Of a DNA stretch of 54,842 nt, positions 1 through 8,339 are shown piece after piece. The stretch spans positions 1-54,842 of the forward strand of contig JABJOX010000055.1 of assembly GCA_018664115.1 (NCBI GenBank), written 5' to 3'. The position numbers and the translations under genes were made by a program. Numbering within the stretch: position 1 is the stretch's first letter; each line of letters opens with the position of its first letter. This DNA comes from Candidatus Woesearchaeota archaeon. GTDB lineage: Archaea > Nanobdellota > Nanobdellia > Woesearchaeales > GW2011-AR9. Under the pieces are notes generated by a model, which did no database searches, was not told the DNA's origin, and saw only the letters and a program-made list of their open reading frames with translations.

Positions 1-76
1 CTAAAGCTGGTCCTAATGGTGGTGCGGCTGTTGCCTTTCCACCTTCAATTAATGCTTCTACAGTTTGTTTTCCCAA
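1..76 (-). CDS. rpl11: 50S ribosomal protein uL11, N-terminal part (runs off window)
   Basis: Manual translation from TTG at 76 gives MGKQTVEALIEGGKATAAPPLGPAL, the archaeal uL11 N-terminus. SD AGGTGA at 83-88 (minus). Confidence 0.93.
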   Translation of the reverse strand, partial: MGKQTVEALIEGGKATAAPPLGPAL

Positions 77-171
77 TTTGATTCACCTATAATTATTATA
101 TTTGTGCGTAACTTTAGTTAAAATGAATGTTTTCTTTATAAGGTTTACGGGAAAGAATTAACAAGTATTAC

Positions 172-2022
172 CTAATCTTTTGCTTCATCTGAATCATCAA
201 TGTCATTACTGGGATCATTATTTTCTTCAGGTTCAGAGGTACAACTTTCATTGGAATCATCTCTTAAATCAGGGGAGAGATAAATTTCGTTTATTAATCT
301 ATGATTCCTTTCGTCTCTACCTTCTCCTAGAATAAGTGATTCTAAAGAATTTGTAGATCTCTCTTCTCTTGGTTCTCTATTAGGTCTTTCATTTATTGAG
401 CTTAAATAGTCTATAGGTTCAAATATATTATACATATTATTTAAATTATTTAAATTACGCTCGTTTAAAATAATATTGTTATTAATTAATGAGTCTAAGT
501 TATTATGATTATTATAACGAATTATTTCATTGTTAGCTGATTCTCTATTTAATTGATAAATCTCACTTATTGGTTCTCTATTAATTCGATAGATCTCATT
601 TGATGGTGGTATAACTGATCCACTCAAGATATCATACAAACTTCTTCCGTCACCATAAGGTATTTCATCTCTTGGTACCTCAAAACGATTATTCAAATTA
701 AGATTACTTAAAAGTTCATCACTTAAACCAAAATTATAAACAGAATCTCCTATAGGCCTACTTGGTGGAGTTATTAAAGCACTTGGATCAGTAATGCCAT
801 ACGATTTAAACAAAGCCAATTCTTGTGCTGAGAATTCTCTTTTTGCTAATGAAGCTAATAATTCAGGATGCTCTCTAACAATTTTGTCAAAAGCCACTAA
901 TTGTGTTTGAGGAACATTAAACGTAACAACCTTATTATCTTCGTCCCCATTTTTGTATTGAAAACCAATAGAATCCCAATCAACTGCTCTTGGTTTTAGT
1001 TCGTGCTTGCCAACTTTATATTCTTTAGCTGCTCTTCCAAAAGCACCGCCAAGACCACTCATCGCTTTTTCTTGATCAACTTCAGTAGTGTGAACATGTT
1101 TATATCCAATAGGTGAACCTTTAGAATCAATGTGTAATAATCTTTCTCCACTAACATGTTCCATTAATAATATTCTTTCATCTTCAGAAAGAACTTGATC
1201 AACATAAGGTTCAAATAATTGGAAATAATGTTCTAATAAACCCTGAGCACGCATAGTAATGTTTCTGCCATTTCTATCAACTAAATTTAATTTTGCATCT
1301 CTTCCATGTTTATTAATTTCAGGAGTTGGTAAAGCATAACCAGATCTAGATTTTGCTGGATTAATTTGTCCTGGTAAAGTGTAACGAAACTGTTCTTCAA
1401 TGTCTCTCATTGATGCGCCAAGTTTTAACATTTCATCAATTTTCTGAAACATAATTAATTGAAATGCTAATGCAGAAGTAACATTTTCAACGCCTGGAAT
1501 ATATTCTCCACAAACTTCAACTCTTCCTTGTGGTCTGTATCGATACATTCCCCCTTTACTATCTCTATTTTGAATAAATAATCTTAATGCTGGATTAACT
1601 GTTTTTGTTAAAAGATGAGCAATTTCTGCAGTTTTCTGTTCTGTATGAGGAAATGTAAAATTAAAATGTCCAGAATGACCTTGCAAATGAACTTGTTCAT
1701 GTTGATAAACGTTGGTATTATATGAATTAATTGCTTCAGTGACTAAATTAATATTTGCAAAAAGATTATGTGCAGTTGCTTCAGCAGAACCAGGTTGAAC
1801 AAAGAATGGTGCTGAAGTAACTTCTGGTGCGTCCCCATCAATATAAAAAGCACCACCAGTAGAAAGTCTTAAAGCACTGTTTCCTCTTTGAAAATGTTCT
1901 CCTTGAAGTCTTTGAGCAAATTGTCTGAAATAATCATTTAATGTATAATGGTCAGAGATTTTTCTATCTTTTCCTATTAACAAAAACTCATTTTCTACAC
2001 CCAATACAGCTTTTTTAGTCAT
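172..2022 (-). CDS. PafA/Dop-like (Pup ligase/deamidase, glutamine synthetase fold) carboxylate-amine ligase with Asn/acidic low-complexity C-terminal tail
   Basis: Collinear motifs GVENEF, LSTGGAFYIDGDAPE, SGHFNF, GRVEVCGE, GRNITMRAQGLLEHY and GAFGRAA...VDWDSIGF resemble PafA/Dop GIETEF, NGARLY(L/V)D..HPE, GCHENY, RRLHVIVGD, GRQASALDIQREY and GEFISAA...VDW. Reference motifs recalled from memory. Confidence 0.72.
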   Translation of the reverse strand: MTKKAVLGVENEFLLIGKDRKISDHYTLNDYFRQFAQRLQGEHFQRGNSALRLSTGGAFYIDGDAPEVTSAPFFVQPGSAEATAHNLFANINLVTEAINSYNTNVYQHEQVHLQGHSGHFNFTFPHTEQKTAEIAHLLTKTVNPALRLFIQNRDSKGGMYRYRPQGRVEVCGEYIPGVENVTSALAFQLIMFQKIDEMLKLGASMRDIEEQFRYTLPGQINPAKSRSGYALPTPEINKHGRDAKLNLVDRNGRNITMRAQGLLEHYFQLFEPYVDQVLSEDERILLMEHVSGERLLHIDSKGSPIGYKHVHTTEVDQEKAMSGLGGAFGRAAKEYKVGKHELKPRAVDWDSIGFQYKNGDEDNKVVTFNVPQTQLVAFDKIVREHPELLASLAKREFSAQELALFKSYGITDPSALITPPSRPIGDSVYNFGLSDELLSNLNLNNRFEVPRDEIPYGDGRSLYDILSGSVIPPSNEIYRINREPISEIYQLNRESANNEIIRYNNHNNLDSLINNNIILNERNLNNLNNMYNIFEPIDYLSSINERPNREPREERSTNSLESLILGEGRDERNHRLINEIYLSPDLRDDSNESCTSEPEENNDPSNDIDDSDEAKD

Positions 2023-2122
2023 ATTTTAACTAAAATAAAAGCTATTTATAAACTTTTCGTTTGTTTTGTCACTCGTTAGTTATTACAAACAATAATAAAC
2101 TATTTTACTTTGATATCACATA

Positions 2123-2785
2123 ATGAAACTAAAGATCTACCTATTCCGGCACGGGCAAACGTATTATAACAAGAAACATATCTTTACTGGCTGGAAAGAT
2201 TCTAAATTAACTCCTAAAGGAATTAAAGATGCTAAAAAAGTTGCTAATAAATTAAAACAAAAAAAATTTCAAATAGCATACCAAACAAGATTATCTCGTT
2301 CCAAAGATACTTTAAAACATGTTTTGAAATTTCATCCTGAATGTCAGAAAATTATCAAAGATGATCGGATGATTGAACGTTCTTACGGTAAATTGCAAGG
2401 TCAATCGCATAAAACTTTTGTTGAAGAAGAAGGTAAAGAAGATTATCAAACTTTATTACATTGGCATAAAGTTGACCATCTCAATGGTAAAGAACGAAAA
2501 GATTTTATCAAAAAAATGGGCGAAGCAGAATTAAAGATAGTAAGAAGAAGTTATGACGTCCCTCCTCCGAAAGGTGAATCTGTCAAGATGGTTGAAAAAC
2601 GAGTAAATTCTTTCATTAAAGACCTCTTAAAAAAGATGAAAAAAGAGAGAATTAACGTCGCTATTTCCGCACACGGAAATTCTATGCGACCATTTAGAAA
2701 ATATTTCGAAAAGCTATCTCGAGAACAAATGATGGAATTAGAGAATCCTTGGGATGATTACTTCGAGTATACTGTTAATGTTTAA
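2123..2785 (+). CDS. gpmA: 2,3-bisphosphoglycerate-dependent phosphoglycerate mutase (histidine phosphatase family)
   Basis: RHGQT, FTGW, ERSYGKLQG, RRSYDVPPP.GES and SAHGNSMR motifs. Confidence 0.85.
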   Translation: MKLKIYLFRHGQTYYNKKHIFTGWKDSKLTPKGIKDAKKVANKLKQKKFQIAYQTRLSRSKDTLKHVLKFHPECQKIIKDDRMIERSYGKLQGQSHKTFVEEEGKEDYQTLLHWHKVDHLNGKERKDFIKKMGEAELKIVRRSYDVPPPKGESVKMVEKRVNSFIKDLLKKMKKERINVAISAHGNSMRPFRKYFEKLSREQMMELENPWDDYFEYTVNV

Positions 2786-3141
2786 GAAATAGTAGTCTGC
2801 AGTTTCCGCTTCGGTTTCTTAACCTCTTTAAAATACTCTTTCACGTCAATAAACTGCTTAACTTCTTTGTTAATTTTATCCATGATCTTAACCCCTTTCT
2901 CAGTGAATTTGACCATTCTTTTCTCATATTCAATTAGTTTTTTATCTTCTAAAGTTTCCAGATTCTTATATAACGCTCGTTCCTGTTTTCCAACAATTCC
3001 CGACGCTAAAAGTAGTTCTATAAACGCTATTTTCGACGTTCGAAGACGTAAATGTTTCTCAGAAAGTGGTTGATTTAACGATTGGTAAAACTGTCTTAGA
3101 GAATACAAAATTAATTTCTGAGTTTTAGTGATTTTAATCAT
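2782..3141 (-). CDS. winged-helix protein (probable start ATG 3141, MIKITK)
   Basis: ALYKNLETLEDKKLIEY...KFTEKG wHTH pattern. The longer ORF extension overlaps the PAC2 gene and is probably not translated. Confidence 0.6.
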   Translation of the reverse strand: MIKITKTQKLILYSLRQFYQSLNQPLSEKHLRLRTSKIAFIELLLASGIVGKQERALYKNLETLEDKKLIEYEKRMVKFTEKGVKIMDKINKEVKQFIDVKEYFKEVKKPKRKLQTTIS

Positions 3142-3250
3142 ATTTAGAGTAAAAGACGTTGAAATATAAAAAGATATAGAGCCTAAATCAGTAATATTTA
3201 AATACCCTAATATAATAACAAAAATATCAACAAAAAAACAGGTGATACAC

Positions 3251-3958
3251 ATGAAAATAACTTTACTTAAAAAACCAAAAAATGTTACTCTTGTAGAAGG
3301 CTTTCCCGGTTTCGGATTAATCGGAACAATTTCCATTGAATTCTTAATGGATCATTTGAAAACAGAGAAGATTGGCGTCGTAGAAATGGAAGAAATTCCG
3401 GCAATGATTGCTATCCATCAAAACAAAGTTATTGAACCAATTTCTATTCACTATAACAAAGAATTTAACATGGTTTTAATCCATGCTATTAACGTCGGTA
3501 AAAATCTAGGTTGGAAATTAGCCGATATGGTAGAACAATTAGCTAAAGACTTAACTGCAAAACAAATTATTTCTTTAGAAGGTGTAGGTAGTCCTAATCC
3601 TGATTCTGGAAGAATATTTTATTATTCAACAACTAATGGAAATACTAGTAAAAAACTTGAAGAAACTGCAAAACCTTTAATGGAAGGGATTATCGTTGGC
3701 GCTACTGGCGCTTTGTTAGCTAAACAAATGAAAATTCCTTTATTAGCATTATTTGCAGAAGCTAAATCGGGTATGCCTGATAGTAAAGCAGCGGCAGAAA
3801 TTATTAAAGCACTAGATGCTTTTACAGGTTTAAAAGTTGATCCTAAACCACTTCTAAAACAAGCAGCAATGTTTGAAAACAAACTAAAATCTATTGTTGA
3901 GAAAGGTCAAAAAGCAGAAGACACACATCAAAAGAAAAAATTATCTTATGTTGGTTAA
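3251..3958 (+). CDS. PAC2-family proteasome assembly chaperone (PbaA/PbaB-like)
   Basis: LVEGFPGFGLIGTI, GIIVGATGALL and PDSKAAA motifs. SD GGTGAT precedes ATG 3251. C-terminus is SYVG. Confidence 0.88.
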   Translation: MKITLLKKPKNVTLVEGFPGFGLIGTISIEFLMDHLKTEKIGVVEMEEIPAMIAIHQNKVIEPISIHYNKEFNMVLIHAINVGKNLGWKLADMVEQLAKDLTAKQIISLEGVGSPNPDSGRIFYYSTTNGNTSKKLEETAKPLMEGIIVGATGALLAKQMKIPLLALFAEAKSGMPDSKAAAEIIKALDAFTGLKVDPKPLLKQAAMFENKLKSIVEKGQKAEDTHQKKKLSYVG

Positions 3959-3959
3959 A

Positions 3960-4229
3960 ATGGCTAAAGAAAAACAACCAAAACCAGAGAAGAAAGTAGA
4001 AGTTCCACAAACCCATAAAGAAGAAAAACACAGTTACTTCCCTAGACTATTAATTGTTTATAGTTTAATTGTAATTGTCATAGCACTAAACCACTTCTTT
4101 AATTGGTATTCTTTCCCAAGTTATGTAACCACTGTAATATTATTAATCTCTGGATTATGGATGTTAAAGATTGGTGTTGCTAAAGGTTTCTATGGGAGAA
4201 GAAAAGAAATATTTAAAAAATATATTTAA
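3960..4229 (+). CDS. small membrane protein (2 TM)
   Basis: ATG 1 nt after the PAC2 stop; two hydrophobic stretches. Confidence 0.65.
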   Translation: MAKEKQPKPEKKVEVPQTHKEEKHSYFPRLLIVYSLIVIVIALNHFFNWYSFPSYVTTVILLISGLWMLKIGVAKGFYGRRKEIFKKYI

Positions 4230-4981
4230 CACAAGAATTCTTCCAATATTTTATTTATTTCTTCTTTATTATCTAACATTACTACGTGTTTTCCTGGAAT
4301 TTTAATTATCTTGGAATATGATAATTCTTTGTCTAAGAAATTTACGACTTCTTCTTTAATTAATTCATCGTCATCACTTCGAATTATTAACGTATCTGTA
4401 TTAACTTCAGATAGATTTTTTGGCACACCATAATCCATTAACGCGTGAATGTTAGCATATAATCCTGCTGCAGAAGTTGCTCTTAAACCGTTTAAGAATG
4501 AGTAATGAGCGTTAGAAAACATTGCTCCAGATAAATCTGCTGGTTTATCTCTAACAGAATTATCATTCTTAGCAAACCCTTTAACAATTTCAAGTACATT
4601 ACGTACTAACTTAACCTGTAGTGTTAAAAAATAATCATTATATAATGCCGGATTAATTAAACAAACATAATCGACTTTATTTGGATGTTTAGTAGCATAT
4701 TCTAATGCTACTGCCCCACCTAAACTAAATCCCACAAGATCTACTTTTGGAATCTTTTCAGTCGTTAAAACTCTATCTAAAGATTCTGCTTGTCTAGGAA
4801 TAGAAGTTTTACCATCTGTTAAAAGAGATCTTCCGTGTCCTTCTAAATCAACTGCTAATGTAGACTTTAAAAGACCATCTAAGTAATTAATTTGATGGTT
4901 AAAAATAGAATGATCTTCTCCTAATCCATGTAAGAATACTATTGGTTTACCTACTCTTTTTTTAAATTCGTAATGTAACAT
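4226..4981 (-). CDS. alpha/beta hydrolase
   Basis: FLHGLG, DLEGHGRS, nucleophile elbow GFSLGG, late His (GKH). Confidence 0.88.
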   Translation of the reverse strand: MLHYEFKKRVGKPIVFLHGLGEDHSIFNHQINYLDGLLKSTLAVDLEGHGRSLLTDGKTSIPRQAESLDRVLTTEKIPKVDLVGFSLGGAVALEYATKHPNKVDYVCLINPALYNDYFLTLQVKLVRNVLEIVKGFAKNDNSVRDKPADLSGAMFSNAHYSFLNGLRATSAAGLYANIHALMDYGVPKNLSEVNTDTLIIRSDDDELIKEEVVNFLDKELSYSKIIKIPGKHVVMLDNKEEINKILEEFLC

Positions 4982-5124
4982 ATTAATTCATCATTTTTCC
5001 AGTTTTTATTAATTTTATGCATAATGAAACTTCTTACATTTGATTGTATCTTTTAAGTATTTAAGTTTTAGTTATTAGTCGCAAGAATCTTATGTTTTTC
5101 TGCTTAAAAGCTTTAAGTATTTCA

Positions 5125-5524
5125 AGAATAAAACCTTTAATCAAATCCAATAAATTTCAGAACCAAAATCACCCCAATAAAAACATTTTTATAGTCTAAA
5201 ATAATAACCCTAACATGATCAAAAAGTGGTTGATAAGAATCGCAATAGTAACAGGAATACTAATTTTCTTAGGGATTCTAACATACGGACAAGTGTTTAA
5301 CTTTGTATTGAAACCTTTTTCAGAAAGATGTGGTGTTTCTTCATTATTTGATTATGATCAAAATTGTGAATGCGATGGTTTCAGTTTTAATGAATTAACT
5401 GAAGGAAGCACAAATACTTATTGCTTAGGAACTTGCGGCGAATGTACTTGCAATGATTACATAAATGAAACTTGGCAAGAAACAGATTGCAAACAACCAA
5501 ACGCAGAATAAAACTTTTAATCAA
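5125..5524 (+). repeat. 20-bp direct repeat (19/20 identical) bracketing the Cys-rich gene
   Basis: AGAATAAAACCTTTAATCAA at 5125-5144 and AGAATAAAACTTTTAATCAA at 5505-5524. Confidence 0.7.
5215..5511 (+). CDS. small exported Cys-rich protein
   Basis: N-terminal hydrophobic anchor followed by 8 Cys. Confidence 0.7.
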   Translation: MIKKWLIRIAIVTGILIFLGILTYGQVFNFVLKPFSERCGVSSLFDYDQNCECDGFSFNELTEGSTNTYCLGTCGECTCNDYINETWQETDCKQPNAE

Positions 5525-5654
5525 TTCTTGAATTTTCCATTATCAACATTACCTCAAAAAAACCATTAAAAAAACGAAGCACTTATTTCTTGCAAAAGGC
5601 CGGCTTTTTTTAACAAAAAGTACTAAAAGTCGCTAAACGTCACACTTTATACAG

Positions 5655-5698
5655 AATGTTACGAAAAAAGTAATAAAATATGCTCAAAACGTAACATT
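5655..5698. promoter_or_regulatory. 9-bp inverted repeat immediately upstream of the recombinase TATA box
   Basis: AATGTTACG (5655-5663) ... CGTAACATT (5690-5698), followed by TTTAAATA. Confidence 0.4.
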
Positions 5699-5726
5699 TA
5701 AATAATCCGTTACCTTTTCTTCGAAG

Positions 5727-6347
5727 ATGAATGAAAAAGTGGTGAAGAAAGGACATAGCAGAAGCCAGTTTCATCTTTCTGAAGAACAAATCAAACAATT
5801 GATAAAACACACTGACAAATTAAGGGACAAAGTAATTATCAAACTTTTGGCATATTGTGGATTAAGACGTTTCGAATTAGCAAAAATAAAAATTTCTGAT
5901 GTTAATTTAGAAACTAACAAAATTTATATTCTTGGTAAAAAAAATATTGAACGACTTGCAACTCTTTTTTCTGATCAACTTGTTGAAGACATTAAGATTT
6001 ATATGCAATATGTGTTAAATAATGCAAAACAGGGATATCTCTTTCCAGCTGTTTCAAGTTTAAATGAACGAGAACATATTACCTCTACTCAAATCAATAG
6101 GATTGTTGCCAAAGCCGGGCATCGTGCTCAATTACATAATCCCATCCCTGGATTAAAGAATATTAACCCTCATATTTTACGTCATAGTTGCGCTAGGCAT
6201 CTTAAAGACAGAGGGCTTAGTTTAGAGGTAGTTCAGCGTGTTTTGGGCCATTTATCGTTCAAAACTACTATGGATTTGTATGGTACAAAGAGTATTTCTG
6301 AAATGGACGGTGAATTAATAGAAAAAGCGGGCAATTTGTTTGAATGA
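5727..6347 (+). CDS. tyrosine recombinase/integrase, catalytic domain only (206 aa)
   Basis: GLRRFE (R), GKK (K), HILRHS (HxxR), LGH and DLY (Y). No N-terminal core-binding domain. Confidence 0.92.
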   Translation: MNEKVVKKGHSRSQFHLSEEQIKQLIKHTDKLRDKVIIKLLAYCGLRRFELAKIKISDVNLETNKIYILGKKNIERLATLFSDQLVEDIKIYMQYVLNNAKQGYLFPAVSSLNEREHITSTQINRIVAKAGHRAQLHNPIPGLKNINPHILRHSCARHLKDRGLSLEVVQRVLGHLSFKTTMDLYGTKSISEMDGELIEKAGNLFE

Positions 6348-6517
6348 TTAAAATTCTTCTAAAATGGTTAATAAAATATTCTTGTTTTGATTGTAATTTA
6401 TTAGTTTGTTTCTTTTAGTTGTTGGTTTTAGTCTTTATGTTAAAAATAGTAAATAGTTCTTAGTATTTGATTAAATGATGAGTTATTAAAACATCTAATC
6501 AGAAATAGCAAGTTTTG

Positions 6518-7237
6518 TCATTGAAATTGGTCTGGAAAATTGCTATAAATCCCATCTACTGCTAAAAGTTTTAATCTTTCGATATCTTTTTTAGAATTTG
6601 CCACCCAAACATTAACTTTTAAATTGTTTTTATGTAAAAAATCAATCATTCCTTTCGTTGCTAAAGGCGATGTTAAATTAACTTCATTAACGTTTGCAGC
6701 TTTTACTCTTCTTAAGATCAATCTTTTTGTAATTGGCAAAATTAATAAACGAGAAATATCAAACAATATTTGTCCGAAATCAGTTTTTGTTGACCAATAA
6801 ATCAATGCGGACCTAATCCCTTTTTTTTTAGCTTCTAGTAAACTTTCTTTATGGTTAGAAGAAATAATGGTTTGTTTAACAAAACGTTCTTTAACAACAA
6901 TTTCTATAACTTTCTTGACAGAATTTAATTCTTTTATTTCAATATTTAATTTACATTTATTTCTACAAACTTTTATCACTTCTTCTAAAGTAGGAATCTT
7001 TTCTCCTTTCCCTGCATCTAGTTTCTTAAGTTCCTTTAATGTTAGTTCAGAAACTTTTCCTTTGCCATTAGTTGTTCTATTAACAGTTTCGTCGTGAATA
7101 ACAACTAACTTATGATCTTTTGTTAACTGTACATCTAACTCTATGGCGTCAGAATTAAGCTCTATCGCTTTCCTGAAAGAACGTAATGTATTCTCTGGTT
7201 CGTATCCAGAAGCACCTCTATGAGCGATTTTAAGCAT
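6518..7237 (-). CDS. glycerophosphodiester phosphodiesterase
   Basis: IAHRGASGYEPENT, ELDVQLTKD, HD, NIEIK and DGIYSNFPD. Confidence 0.93.
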   Translation of the reverse strand: MLKIAHRGASGYEPENTLRSFRKAIELNSDAIELDVQLTKDHKLVVIHDETVNRTTNGKGKVSELTLKELKKLDAGKGEKIPTLEEVIKVCRNKCKLNIEIKELNSVKKVIEIVVKERFVKQTIISSNHKESLLEAKKKGIRSALIYWSTKTDFGQILFDISRLLILPITKRLILRRVKAANVNEVNLTSPLATKGMIDFLHKNNLKVNVWVANSKKDIERLKLLAVDGIYSNFPDQFQ

Positions 7238-7395
7238 ACTAGAAGGAATGTTTTAGAAGTTATAAAGATTTCTTATTTGAATGGTTTAAATGTTTTAAAA
7301 TTGCCAGAACATGAACACCAAATAAATCAACCATTTTCTTTTGATTGATTTGACCTTTTTCTTGACCTCGGGAAAATGGTCCAGAATATCCACCC

Positions 7396-8244
7396 CTATT
7401 CTTTATGTTCTATCTTGTTCTTATCTTTAAAATGAATCTCTTCTGCATTTTTTTTGGTTACTACTTTTTCGCCCAATCTTTTTTCAATCCGATCTTTGGC
7501 AACTTTTGCAGTTGCTCCACCTTCTTTAGCAATATCTTTACTTTCATCAAAATTAGAAGGATCTTCTTTTTCAGAGATTTCTTTAGTTGCTGCTTCTGCC
7601 AACATGTTAAGAACTAATTCTATATTAGTCATGTTATCTCTTAAGTTTTCTTTTTTCAAACCCTTAAACTGCTTATAATCTTTGATTGTCTTTCCAGACC
7701 ATGCTTTAGTAATCTCATTTGTTAAAATCGCATAATCGTTTTGTTTGTTAATTCCCACTCTATTCCACTCATCAGTCAATTCTTTTCTGACTTCAATAGT
7801 TTTTAACCTTTGGTTAATCCAATCTTTAGAATAACCTTTTTGTAAATATGTCTTCATGGCCCTATCAATAGTTAACTCTGGATCAGACATTTCATCAATT
7901 CTCTCATTACCAACTTCTGCCAGCCACATCTTAAACGGTTCTGCCTTTTTAGAAGGTATTGACTGAATTAATCTTAAAAGTTGTTCTGTATCAGCACAAT
8001 CGGTTTCTCTTAATTTGCCATCAGATGCAAGTAATTTCAAACGGTGACAATTTGTCACCACTTCACTTCCTTCTTCTTTTAGTCTCTGACTTAACTTATT
8101 CCAATATTTTCTAGCAGTTTGAAAATCTACTTGCTCGGTCAAGATAGCAACAATATCAACTATTGAGAAATACCATTTTTCCTCATCTTCATTCCATTTA
8201 GTTCTTATTTTCTGATGTTCAAAGAGTTTTATAGCATTTTTCAT
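7396..8244 (-). CDS. Bro-N domain / antirepressor-like DNA-binding protein
   Basis: WYFSIVDIV, ARKYWNKL, RLIQSIPSKKAEPFKMWLA and LKKENLRDNMT. Confidence 0.82.
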   Translation of the reverse strand: MKNAIKLFEHQKIRTKWNEDEEKWYFSIVDIVAILTEQVDFQTARKYWNKLSQRLKEEGSEVVTNCHRLKLLASDGKLRETDCADTEQLLRLIQSIPSKKAEPFKMWLAEVGNERIDEMSDPELTIDRAMKTYLQKGYSKDWINQRLKTIEVRKELTDEWNRVGINKQNDYAILTNEITKAWSGKTIKDYKQFKGLKKENLRDNMTNIELVLNMLAEAATKEISEKEDPSNFDESKDIAKEGGATAKVAKDRIEKRLGEKVVTKKNAEEIHFKDKNKIEHKE

Positions 8245-8339
8245 ATTAAACTTAATAGTAGAACTTATTTATATATTATTTGTATACTTGACCAGTGGGT
8301 ATGTGGGTATTAAAAGCACCTTTTTAGAATCTATTTATC

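Noticed and set aside
77-5200. A Pup/UBact gene next to the PafA-like ligase
   Set aside because: I found no small ORF ending in GGE/GGQ in the flanking intergenic DNA; a modifier would have to be encoded elsewhere.
7324-8308. Hairpin at 7324-7351 and GTGGGTAT tandem near 8294-8309 as ends of a Bro-carrying element
   Set aside because: The two flanks do not form matching direct or inverted repeats.
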